A DNA stretch of 64,000 nt from Octopus sinensis. Its lineage: Eukaryota. Within the stretch, counting starts at the first letter, position 1. Each line of letters begins with the position of its first letter. A program made the translations under genes and the position numbers. The DNA is taken from contig NC_043003.1 in NCBI RefSeq assembly GCF_006345805.1, forward strand, positions 98,456,001 through 98,520,000, read 5' to 3'. The notes beneath the pieces were generated by a model. That model made no database searches, was not told where the DNA came from, and saw only the letters and a list, made by a program, of their open reading frames with translations. This document shows, in pieces, positions 12,434-24,560 of the stretch.

Positions 12434-12880
12434 GGCAGCGAGGTGGCAGAATCGTTAGCTCGCTGTGCAGAATGCTTAGTGGTATTTCGTCCGTCATTAC
12501 GTCCTAAGTTCAAATTTCACTGAGGTCGAGGTCGACATTGCCTTTCACTCATTCAGGATCGATAACATAAATATCAGTTGAGCACTAAAGTTGATGTAAT
12601 CGACTTCACCTCTTCCCCGAAATTGCTGGAGTTGTGCCAAAATTTGAAACGAATATTAACCTCGGGTAAAACGGTAAGCTGGCAAAATCGTTAGTATACC
12701 GGAGAAAATGCTTAGCGGCATTTCGTCCATCCAAACGCTCTGAGTTCAAATTCTGCTGAGGTCGACTTTGCCTTTCATTCTATCGGGTAGATAAAATAAA
12801 TACCCGTCGAGCACTAGCATTGATGTAACCGACTTATCTCTTCCTCCGAAATTGCTGGCCTGGTGCCAAAATTTCAAATC
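12434..12880 (+). mobile_element. Two tandem copies of SINE family A
   Basis: Heads at about 12434 and 12672. The flank TAA(T/C)CTCGGGTAA precedes both (12421-12433 and 12657-12669). Confidence 0.85.
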
Positions 12881-13267
12881 ATTATATATTGCCAGTGACA
12901 AATGGCCTAGATATGACGCTAACGAAGGCCAATGTCATCACTATTGACCAAGTTTGCAAATTTGGAATTAGTTGTGTGTGTCTGAAATATATTATGGAAA
13001 ATACCAGTTCCAGGAATGCGTCTAATATGTAAATAGGTATATCTAATAACTTAATGTGTTCGGAGATAGAAGTGAGTGCAGATGAAGGGGGCAACAACCC
13101 CCGAAATATGGCGTATATGCCTATTACCCACTTTTGTCTCCGATCTCATTGCTTGTTTACATCTGACGTCTCGATACGAAACGTAATAGCAAAAATCATC
13201 GCTGGCAATAGTTTCTATAGAATATCTATAGAAACTGAAATATTATTATTTCTATGTCTCTCTCTAA

Positions 13268-13450
13268 AGGAGACTACGGCAGCGGTACTGGATATTAGTA
13301 GTTATCGCCAAGCAAATATGGCAGTCCATAAATACAGGACGAAAGGTGCCGTTAATTAGCTCCAAGAGGTCATCGCCTCCAGCTAGCTATGTGACACACG
13401 AACCTGTGTCCATTATAACCTTCGAACAAGGGAGGTCAGCCGCTTCCCCT
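13268..13450 (+). mobile_element. Left part of the TTAA-flanked MITE family seen complete at 42721
   Basis: AGGAGACTACGGCAGCGGTACTGGATATTAGTAGTTATCGCC...GCTATGTGACACAC is homologous to 42721-42860. Confidence 0.7.
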
Positions 13451-13580
13451 TGCTGGTCAGGCATCTGCAAACTAGTTTCGGGGTATAGAAACAGCCTTAA
13501 AAATAATGTAACAAGCACTGCTGACGCAGTGGGACGTACTATCGACTTATAAAAAACATTTTGTATACTTCATACTCTCT

Positions 13581-13999
13581 CTTTTACTCCTTTACTCTTT
13601 TACTTGTTTCAGTCATTTGACTGCGGCCATGCTGGAGCACCACTTTTAGTCGAGCAAATCGACCCCGGGACTTATTCTTTGTAAGCCCAGTACTTATTCT
13701 ATCGGTCTCTTTTTTGCCGAACCGCTAAGTGACGGGGACGTAAACACACCAGCATCGGTTGTCAAGCAATGCTAGGGGGACAAATACAGACACACAAACA
13801 TATACACACACACTTATATATATATACATATATACGACAGGCTTCTTTCAGTTTCCGTCTACCAAATCCACTCACAAGGCATTGGTCGGCCCGAGGCTAT
13901 AGCAGAAGACACTTGCCCAAGATGCTACGCAGTGGGACTGAACCCGGAACCATGTGGTTGGTTAGCAGGCTACTTACCACACAGCCACTCCTGCGCCTA
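13581..13999 (-). mobile_element. SINE family B (CORE-like), full length
   Basis: Same consensus; head ends CCACTCCTGCGCCTA on the plus strand. Confidence 0.9.
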
Positions 14000-16771
14000 T
14001 ATATAGTATATTATGTTTGCACAACAAAATACCACGTGCCTATAAACCTTTAATATTATGGAAAAATACTGAAAAACAAGCTCCACATTATCAAGTTTGC
14101 TTTCATGGAAGTTTCACAGTCGTTGAAAGTTCTGGGCTAACTGAGATGTTAAAAAATAATCAATTCGGGAAAACCAATTAACATTTACGTTCCAGATTTT
14201 GATGATTCAATAATACAGTGCTTTCGGCCTTCTTAACCATATATATGGACGTTAAATCAAGTGGCAGTTTTATGATTGTATGAAATAATTTTTTAATCTT
14301 TATTTGATTACAATAAATATAAAAATATTAGTTTCATAAATTGTTTCAACAAATGCAAAGAATATAACGCCGAAAATATTTACTATATAACAATTTAAAA
14401 TGAGGAAAGGAATTAAGGAATTCGCTGGGGACTTTCAAATGCTCCCTATTAGATGATAAAAGCGAGTACCATAACTTTGGAGTACCAGACATAAGTTTAG
14501 AGTCATATTAGTCTTGCCATGACTTGATTTATGCTGAATTCCGAAATCAACAAAAGTTATATAATACTTACAATGTTTCCCATGTTAAGACACATCTCTC
14601 GTTAAATTCATTTCATAATTGGCTTGATGAAAAAACTATAGATAGTTAATTGTCTCTGCCATGGGTCACAGTGCAACGCCGGTAGAGTGGTTTGAACTAC
14701 GAGCTTTTCAGATAGCAGAGGTCTCAGTTTCAATTTTTCCAGATATTATTATAGTAAAAAAATAACACTGTTTCTTGAAAATTCAAGAAGTTTGTTACTT
14801 AGCCAAACATTTCTGTTCTGAATTTCTTTGATGACTCAATTAATCCAGACTAAGAAGGAGTGAAAATATTATTTGAGATGTCATATTTGTGAATGTAAAT
14901 GAGTGGAGCCTTCCAATGGAATTCTACTGTGGGTCTATCTAGTCTCTTAATTGATAGAAATTGTGAGAGTGACGACTGCTAGGGAGAATGAAGAATCAAA
15001 GGCTGTAAGGAAGAAGGGAGAATCGAGAGAGAGAGAGGTAGGGGAGACGACAAACTCAAGCTGAACACATTGGAATAACATGTGTGATATGAATTAGGGC
15101 TTCCCAGACATTCCCATAAATATTTCTCCAACTGAATCAGTTATTTTCACCCACTTACCAACTCGGCCATGATCAACTACATCACCTCTCACATTTTTAC
15201 CAATTCTATAACATCACAGGAACACAGTTGTAAATGTCTAAGTCATTACCACTTCTGTCTACAAGCCAAAACGGCCGGCTGTTCGTATTACAGTTGTCTA
15301 GAAAGTTTGAGTTCAGGCACGGCTGCATCGTTAGGAATTTCGTCTCGCAACTACACGGTTTCAGGGTCAATTCCATTGCGCACAACCTAGCCAAATGTTT
15401 TCTACCGTAACGTCTGGTCGACCAACGCATTGTAAGTAAAATTTAATAAGCAGAAAAATATATGGAAACCCATTGGAAGTACCGTTCTTGAACTTGGGAT
15501 GAGAGTAGAGTTAGTCTGTCATCACCATATGGCCCACAAGTAACTTTAGTGGAATCTCATCTCATGCAAGTATTCGAGCCAAGTTTGCAGTCTAGATTTA
15601 GAAGGTCCTGAAAATGGTTATATGCGTATGCACTTCTTGTTATGACTATGTTATAAAAATGACATTCCAGCGCTAGAGAGCTACGGAAAGTTAATTGTCT
15701 TGAATGTAAATATACTTCATATACAGTGAATATTTATAAAGAAACATCGACTTTCCAGTACTGTGTTGTAAATAAAAACAAAACAACAACAATTTGACAT
15801 AAACGCTGTAAGTAGCCGTCGGTAGAAACAGTGTACAATTGACGAGTGTTTCCTAAGTTACAACATTAAACTCAAATCCTCCAGCATGCCTTTTGCAGAC
15901 TGGTTTTCTCTTCAATTCGAGAAATGTTCTTTAAATGCTGGACCCGTGAAAGAAAAAAAAAAACCAAACACGAAACAAAGAAAATTAATGTGTGAAGACG
16001 CATTCCGTCACGACACATACTGACGATGTTGCGATGAGGCCGCATAAAAATACTACATCAAAATACACATGATATCTTCCTATTGACGCAGAATTATCTC
16101 AACGTTTGAGATTATTTACTAGTTTCAGTACAACATTTTTGAATGTTGTTACCCTATTTTCTTTCATCTGGAGTAGCATTCTTTCTCTCCCTGGTTCTGT
16201 CTGTGAGTCTGTCTGTGAGTCTGTCTCTTTTTTTAATTTCATAAAACAAAATTTCGAACTTACGCTTCATTTGTCATCAGTTGCCTTCACACACATGCGC
16301 GTGAACGTATACACACACACACACACACACACACACTCATAGATACACACGCACACACACACGTACACACACACACAAACACACACAGACACACACACGC
16401 ACGCACTCACACACACGTTTGTGTGCGTTTACTTTGACTGGAATTAAACACAGCTTACTATTTGAAGATTCCAACGTCCTTGCTTACTTTTGCCTTGATA
16501 TAGACAATTGTTATTGAACGAAGTCTTATGCTTTCGAAAGGTCGATATTACTACAACATTTCGTCCGTCCTTTTGATCTGAGTTCAAATTCCGCATAGGT
16601 TTACTTTACTTTTCATCCTTTCGATGAAATAAGTACCAGTTCTGCATTGGGGTCGATGTAATCGATAAGCGTCCACCCTAAAAACTTCAGGATATTACTA
16701 CAAAAAAAAAACAAAAACAATAACGACGTCGACAACGACAGCAATGACGGCACGACTGCAACAACTGGGGT

Positions 16772-16915
16772 GGAGGCGCAATGGCCCAGTGGTTAGGGCA
16801 GCGGACTCACGGTCATAAGAAAGCGGTTTCGATTCCCAGACTGGGCATTGTGAGTGCTTATTGAGCAAAAGCACCAAAGCTTTCACCACAACTTTCTCTC
16901 ACTCTTTCTTCCTAC
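16772..16915 (+). mobile_element. SINE family C, head and shared body
   Basis: GGAGGCGCAATGGCCCAGTGGTTAGGGCAGCGGACTC (A-box) and GGTTTCGATTCCC (B-box); shared with 26986, 48398 and 60197. Confidence 0.85.
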
Positions 16916-17205
16916 TTCTGCCACAAAGCAGAGGAACCATAGTGTAACCCACTATGGTGTGGTAAACTTTCAGACCCTAGTCTAGATTGCGAATCCTCTG
17001 TACCCCAGGATGGTTCAGGTCACCACCCGTTAAAAGCCACCGTTTACAGAATGAGGATAACAACGTACCTTTCGCTCCCGTACAACCGCCAGTCTATCGC
17101 GTGTGGTGGGTGGATCTTCAAGTTGCCACACGCATTCATAGTAGCTTAGAGTAGGCTCGAATTTAGAGATTATTCTTTGTGGCTAATGGCGTGGGTCCTG
17201 ATTAG

Positions 17206-17403
17206 AGGAAGACGAAGACGAAGAAGAAGAAGAAGAAGAAGAAGAAGAAGAAGAAGAAGAAGAAGAAGAAGAAGAAGAAGAAGAAGAAGAAGGAGAAGAA
17301 GAAGAAGAATAAGAAGAATAAGAAGAAGAAGAAGAATAAGAATAAGAAGAAGAAGAATAAGAAGAATAAGAATAAGAATAAGGATAAGAAGAATAATAAT
17401 AAC

Positions 17404-17455
<52 letters not shown>

Positions 17456-17465
17456 GTAATAATAA
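17206..17465. repeat. Compound (AAG)n-(AAT)n microsatellite
   Basis: Seen directly; it produces the poly-R/poly-I N-terminus of ORF 17177. Confidence 0.95.
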
Positions 17466-18070
17466 GGAAGGAATATATTCACAGACATGACAGAGTTGGA
17501 ACCTACATACATTGGAAGCTATGCCAACATTATGGAATAACAACAGAAAAAAGATGGTATAGGCACACACCAGAAAAGGTCACAGAAAACGAGAAAGCAA
17601 CCATACTCTGGGATATGCCGATACACACAGATAGAGAAATTAAGGCCAACAGACCAGATATAGTTGTCAGAGATCATGAAGAAAAAAAATGCTTTCTAAC
17701 TGATGTATCAATACCGGCAGATGACAACGTGTCTCTAAAAGAAATGGAGAAACTCTCAAAATACAAAGACCTGGAAATAGAGGTAACTAGAATGTGGAAT
17801 CTGAAAACAGAAACAATTCCTATCATAGTAGGTGCATTAGGCATGATAAAAAAATATTCAGACAATACATAACAAAAACACCAGGACTTACAAACACATA
17901 TAACATACAGAAAATTGCACTACTAGGCACTGCACACATCCTACGCAGAACACTTTCCATACAATAACCATCAGAGCATCACAACAAATCACAGCACATA
18001 CCCAAGGCACACAGAGCTGCGCTCGGTAGTGAAGTGAAAGCACGCTATAAAAATAAAAATAAAACTACTG
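17466..18070 (+). mobile_element. 5'-truncated R4/Dong-like non-LTR retrotransposon (restriction-like endonuclease domain and 3' UTR)
   Basis: KEYIHRHDRVG...WYRHTPEKVTEN...ILWD..I.TD..I.ANRPDIV...DVSIP.D.N...KE.EK..KY.DL...PIIVGALG. One frameshift near 17865, then ...IALLGTAHILRRTLSIQ* (stop 17965-17967). Flanked on both sides by (TAA)n. Confidence 0.85.
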
Positions 18071-18153
18071 AATAATAATATAATAATAATAATAAAATAA
18101 TAATAATAATAATTATAATAATAATAATAATAATAATAATATAATAATAATAA

Positions 18154-18184
<31 letters not shown>

Positions 18185-18286
18185 AAGAAGAAGAAGAAGA
18201 AGAAGAAGAAGAAGAAGAAGAAGAAGAAGAAGAAGAAGAAGAAGAAGAAGAAGAAGAAGAAGAAGAAGAAGAAGAAGAAGAAGAAG
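18071..18286. repeat. Compound (AAT)n-(AAG)n microsatellite
   Basis: Seen directly. Confidence 0.95.
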
Positions 18287-18868
18287 GCAACAACTGGGAG
18301 AAAATAAAGGAAAGATGGAATTAATTGTTAAAAAAAATGTTTAATTCAGGTATTTTTGGAACATAAAGTTCTCTGTTCAAATGCCGCAGTAGTCAATTTT
18401 GTCTTTCATCCCTCCGGAGCGATCAAAGTTACTAGACTGAATAGTTACTTTCTTACATCGAGAGGCAACGTAAAACACAGACGAAACCGAACTCATAATA
18501 TCTATGCACGAATTTACACATTCGTCATCAGAGACACAAATAAATTGGTATTCTGTTATTTCACAAATTTTACCAACCACAAGAACCACGAGTCTCTTTT
18601 GGGTTTTACTGATCTCGTTACATACTGAAGTTACAATGGTATTTTGTAACATTGGCATTTTATGTATATAATACGTACATAAATGTGTGCATGCATGCAT
18701 ATATACATGCACTCATATACACGCGTAGAATGTATATATATATATATATATATGATTTGATTAAAAATATACTTGCATTAAAAATAGAAAAGAGAAAAAG
18801 GAATATATTTCATAAATATGGGTTATATATACATATATTCCTAAATGAATTATACTCCAATCCTTCAG

Positions 18869-18930
<62 letters not shown>

Positions 18931-19088
18931 TTATGTATGCACAGAAAGGGAGCTGAGATACGTATATGTACGCACACACACACACGTATATATATATATA
19001 ATATATACAAAATATATATTACATATATATCACTCACACATATATATATATATATACACGTGTGTTTGTGTATGTATATATGTGAGCG

Positions 19089-19167
<79 letters not shown>

Positions 19168-19828
19168 ATATATATATATATATAAATTGTGCGTGTGTGC
19201 ATGTATACAAATATGTATATATATACGTGTGCATGTATTTGTGTATATGAATAATTTAAAGGTTGTCCAGTTGTATTTGGGTATGTATCCTTGTGCATTG
19301 GAAACTTTTGGGCGTTTCTGCTGGAATTCGTACACACATAACACACATATATATGGTCGCGTGCGCACGCACAGTAACGAAGCCAAACAGACACACATAG
19401 AGGCATATTTTATCAGAAGTCCTTAGAGATTGAAACACTCGTGTAATTAACACACACATACATACAAACGCATAAAATCAGACATATATGTATTACACGC
19501 GCACGCGCAGACGTTCACACATGCGCGCACACGCAGGCACACACAAAACATACATAGATACATACATATACATACGTACGTATATACATACATATATACA
19601 TACATACATATATGTATATATATGTTTATATATATATGTGTATATATATATATATATATATACACACACATACATACATATATGTGTGATATGACATATT
19701 TATTGATATATTGACACTTAAACATACGTACATGCATACGCATGAGTATGTGTGTGTGTGTGTATATATATATAATATATATATATATATAATATATATG
19801 TATAAACACACACACTCATCACATACAG

Positions 19829-19863
<35 letters not shown>

Positions 19864-19884
19864 TTGTGTAAGTATAGATATATG

Positions 19885-19920
<36 letters not shown>

Positions 19921-20409
19921 ATGTGTGTGTGAGAAATATTTAGTCAGTAAAATAATATCATAGTTACTGTTCAGTTCTCGTCTATGGTATACATTCTCTG
20001 CTGGAGAAAATGTAGAATTTCTACATGTGTCCTAATCTGACCTCAGAAGTAGTAAGGCCTAGTGACTTGATTCTGCAAGCATAATGTCGTTAACACAATC
20101 TTAGTCTGTCTAGACATTTGTAGAGCAGACCTGGAACTATTATTTATATCCTTACAAACTATTTGAGGAGTGCATCTATACCCCGTCGTCTCCACTAATA
20201 GAATAAATATAATAGAATGAATAATTTAAGACATGAGAATAAAGACCCCACACTTTAGGAGAGAGTACATGCCAGTATATTGCCTGCCAGTAGCTGAATG
20301 GTTTATATTTTATCGTTCCCAAATTTTTCTATGCAAAATCATCATTGTCATTCTGGTCTTCGCTCTAGTATTTCTTCTACATATCTTTAATAATTTCTCG
20401 CTAATTTGG

Positions 20410-21375
20410 GCACAAGGCCAGCAATTTTGAGGTGAAGTGGTGCAAGTCGATTACATCGACCCTAATGCTCATCTGGTACTTATTTTAACGATTTCGAATG
20501 GATGATAGTCAAAATGAACCTTGGCGGATTTTGAATGCAGAAGACGAAATCCTGCTACGCTTTTTGTCCAGCGAGCCAGCGAATCTGCCAGCTCAGCACA
20601 AGACCAGCAGTTTTGAAGGGAGGGGGAAAGTCGATTACACTGGCGCCAGTATTTGAGTGGACTGGTACTTTATTCTATCGACCATTGTAGGACGAACAAC
20701 AAAGTCAATCTCGGCTCAGATCGTTAAGACAGAAGAAATGACGCTAAGCGTTTTCTCCGATGAGCTAATGATTCTACCAGCCCACTCCTTTTATCTCCTT
20801 TAATAATTCTTTCTAATTTAGGCACAAGGTCAGCAATTTTAAGGGGAATTAGTTTATCGATATCGAAGGGATGAAAGGCGAAGCGCACTTCGGCAGAATT
20901 TTAATTCAGAACGCAAAGAGCAGGAAGAAATGCCGCTTAACGTTTTTTTCCGACAAGCTAATAATTCTAGCAGTTCACTACGTTGTTCCTTTTTAATATT
21001 ATTCTCAAATTTTGACACAAGGCCAGCAGTTTCGGGGATGGGGTAAGCCGATTACATCTGCCCGATTATCCAACTGGTACTTATTTTATCGACCCCGAAA
21101 GGATGAAAGTCAAAGTCGATCTCGGCAGAATTTGAACAAAAATTCGGACAAAATGCCGCTAAGTATTTTGCCCGCCCTGATCCTTTTTCATAATGATTTC
21201 TGCTAAAGGCATAAAGCCTGAAATTTAGGGGTGGGGGCTAGTCGATTACATTGACCCCGGTACTCAACTGGTGCTTAGTTAATCGACCCCGAAAGGATGA
21301 AAGACCTGAGTTTGGATTCAGAACGTAAAGACGGACGGAAAGGCTGGCGTACTAACGATTCTTCCAGCTTGCCTA
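20410..21375 (-). mobile_element. Array of five diverged head-to-tail SINE family A copies
   Basis: The motif GCACAAGGCCAGCA...AGTCGATTACATCGACCC...GAAAGGATGAAAG recurs from about 20410, 20598, 20820, 21013 and 21205. Confidence 0.8.
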
Positions 21376-22844
21376 CTTGATCCTTTTTGATAATAAAATA
21401 TATTAATAACCACTTTCTTATTTAGATGGTTCTTCCTAATGTTAAATATCTAAAAGTGGATAATTACGAATGCTTGGGTAAACAGTTTTGTATCCTGTAG
21501 TAAAATACTTAGGTAAGCGAGCTATTTTCTATTCTGCACAATTATGGTTAGTTAGGCAAGTTTTGTACTATTCTGTACGGTTAATGAGACGAGTTGTATT
21601 ATATTCCGTAGAGCCATTGTGAAACAGATACAGTTCTATTAGCTAGCGTATAACTATTGTTAAGCAGGCAAGTTCTACTGTACACTGTAGAAAATTAGTT
21701 GGGCTGCGCATAAATATATTGTCTTTGATGGCATAAAACACGCACGGGTATATTAGGCACAACCCAGTTACAGTAGCGCATATTCAAGGAAATGTGAGCG
21801 TCAGGGATAAAATTAGCTTATGGAAGACCCAACATAGCGTAAGAAGCGGGGTGAATTTTTGAGATATGCTTTGGGGAAATACGGTAGTTATGCAAGCAAG
21901 CTATTTTGTATTCTGTAACACTATTGGCTAGAATGCAAGGACTTTTGTGCTGTTGATGTATAATTCAGTACTCTAGAACTGCCTCAAATTGATAACGTTT
22001 GGCATGTGACATTTATTCTGTAGAACTGTGGTACTAGAATCAACCAAGACTGTATCGATGTGGAAACTACAAATTAAAATATTAGATGTCGCCCAGGTTA
22101 TATTAGGAGAAAAACACATACAAAATGTCATTGGTATCTATGCCTTTGATGTAGAACTAAATAATAAACTAAGATTCATAGATATTAGATTTATTCTGTC
22201 GTAACTATGAGATAATATTTCTATATTACTTTATTAAACTATCGACCAGAATATCCGATGTTGTTATGCACCGTTGGCCACAAATCCTTCTTCGTATTCG
22301 AATGATGCCACCCCGCTGACAAGGCAGGCAGGTCAGCATTCCCTCCGACGGAACGCATCACTCTACCCACTCGGCCACAAGTATTTACAGTTGTCAATAG
22401 GTGATTTAGTTTTTCATTTGACCGTGTAGGTTTCATTGCAAATGAATGGAATGGGTTAAAGTGGGGCTGCGTGGATAGTTATTTCCTCCATATCGGTTAT
22501 ATAACATTATTGTTCATAATTATCTGTTGTTACTTCGTTCAACGAGATTATAAATGAGGAAAGTCGGGCCTTATTTTGGTACGCATCTGTGTTAATTACT
22601 TCAGCGAGAAACGAGAAGGTATTTTCATCCTCATATATATATATATATACATATACATATTGAGTTGAGGTGATGTCTTCTAGTGCTTCCAAATTTAATA
22701 CACAATTATCTATAATTGTAGAGTCCTACGCTGAGGAGAAAAGTAGTCGGAAATGAAGATATTTCCTCCATCTGGCTACTTTTCTCTCTATAAAATGGAA
22801 AGTTACATTGCAGGACAGTAATTTTAACGAGTTGTATTTATTTA

Positions 22845-22930
22845 TCACCCGACGAGATACATCTGCACCACCGGATACTCCTGAACCAGTTGTTGAGTAT
22901 CCCACCCATGAGGAATCGATGCCAGGTTGA
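22845..22930 (+). repeat. Penelope pseudo-LTR-like fragment
   Basis: Homologous to 34660-34750, which lies downstream of a GIY-YIG remnant. Confidence 0.55.
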
Positions 22931-23320
22931 ATTTTCTACATATTTATGTGCGTAAGAAAATAAATAGATGCATAGACCTGACTCCCGCATGACAGCCGTA
23001 TGCAAAACAACACAAATATTGGCTGCAAAATGAGATTCCATGAACTCAATCGATTTTCAGAGAGATTTATTTGTTAAAATACGCACCAAATCTGCTTCAA
23101 ATCACACCGTACTGCCTTTTAAGAAAAATAAAACACTTTAAATGATAAAGTGAAGCCTGAAGAAAAAACATAGACGAACTGATGATCACAGCTGGAAAAT
23201 CTTTGATACCAGATCAGCTCCATCAGGGCTAAACAATGACGATGGCGGCAGCGATGACGGAGGTGGCGGTGACGAGGTCAATGGGAATCACAGCGAACAC
23301 GACAACGATGACGGTTTTGA

Positions 23321-23381
23321 AACCACCTGAAGAATGTCTCAAAGATGTGCTGAAATAAGACATGAAACGATCGTAGTGGTT
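23321..23381 (+). ncRNA. Minimal type-I hammerhead ribozyme (Penelope type)
   Basis: Stem I AACCAC/GTGGTT; core CTGAAGA (23327-23333); stem II ATGTCT/AGACAT; GAAA (23364-23367); palindromic stem III ACGATCGT; cleavage triplet GUA ending at 23375. All core nucleotides are intact. Activity is untested. Confidence 0.8.
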
Positions 23382-23500
23382 ATTTATAATTGTTAAATTT
23401 CTAAATTTATATAAATTATTTTATGTATTGGCTTAAGTCTTTCTTTGTTTGATTTGCATAATAGTGATTTTGTCTCTAATTTAATATAATACATATACAT

Positions 23501-23586
<86 letters not shown>

Positions 23587-23676
23587 GTACATATACATAT
23601 ATTTATATACGTGGTATACATGCATGGGTGCGTTTCTATCTACGTATAGATATGTAAGTATATATGTATGTATATA

Positions 23677-23728
<52 letters not shown>

Positions 23729-24138
23729 TATATATAAATATATATATATGTATATATATATGTATATATATAAATATATATATGTATATATAAATATATA
23801 ATATATATATATATATACGTACATATACAAACATATATACGCATATACGTATGTGTATACGTATATACACATGCATATGCATATACATACATGCATATAC
23901 ATATGTATTGCCACACCCCTACCTCACACATATATGTATACATTACAAATTACTGGTTAAAATTTTACGATGAATGAGTGTAGATATTCTCAGTAGCAAA
24001 TTGCGACAAAAATATCAGTCATATTGACCTCATTTATGAAACGAGTTGAAACTGCGCTCTCTTATGACATTGCTAGCGCTGTAGCTGAATATAGTCTATC
24101 ACCGTTAGTGAACGCCTTGTCTTCTATCTTTCTTTCTT

Positions 24139-24228
<90 letters not shown>

Positions 24229-24230
<2 letters not shown>

Positions 24231-24382
24231 CTTCCCTTTTACGATCCCTCTTGATCGAAAACCTACGCCACCCCATTTTTTTTGTTTCTTTTGTTTTTTT
24301 GTTTTTTTCATCCCCCAAAAGAAAAGCTCTACCTTGTAACTTGTCCCATCTGTGTGCAGCCCTGTGTGGCCAATAAAGAAAC

Positions 24383-24456
<74 letters not shown>
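24229..24456 (+). mobile_element. Short 3' end of a retroelement with AATAAAGAAA + (TATC)n tail, inside a (TATC)n array
   Basis: AAAAGCTCTACCTTGTAA...GTGCAGCCCTGTGTGGC.AATAAAGAAA is shared with 24561 and 45484. Confidence 0.75.
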
Positions 24457-24560
24457 GACCATAATCCTATGAACCGTAAAAATTAATACAGAGAGTTGCT
24501 TATTTGTAAAAAAATATAACATGTGACTTCATTGACCGAGGTTACCGTGGTCTTTTCCGT

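Noticed and set aside
13160-13195. CTGACGT...CGAAACGTA hammerhead-like string
   Set aside because: A9 is missing and stems I and II do not pair.
14427-14437. NF-kB-like GGGGACTTTCA
   Set aside because: A single imperfect site with no supporting cluster.
16510-16550. TATTG-AACGAAG...TTCGAAAGGT-CGATA hammerhead-like string
   Set aside because: The core strand is too short and there is no cleavage nucleotide.
16772-16850. tRNA genes at the SINE heads
   Set aside because: A and B boxes are present but there is no complete cloverleaf, and each continues into a multi-copy SINE body.
17177-17465. Poly-Arg/poly-Ile N-terminus of the 231-aa ORF, suggesting a protamine-like fusion protein
   Set aside because: It is the (AAG)n(AAT)n target array read in frame with a truncated retrotransposon.
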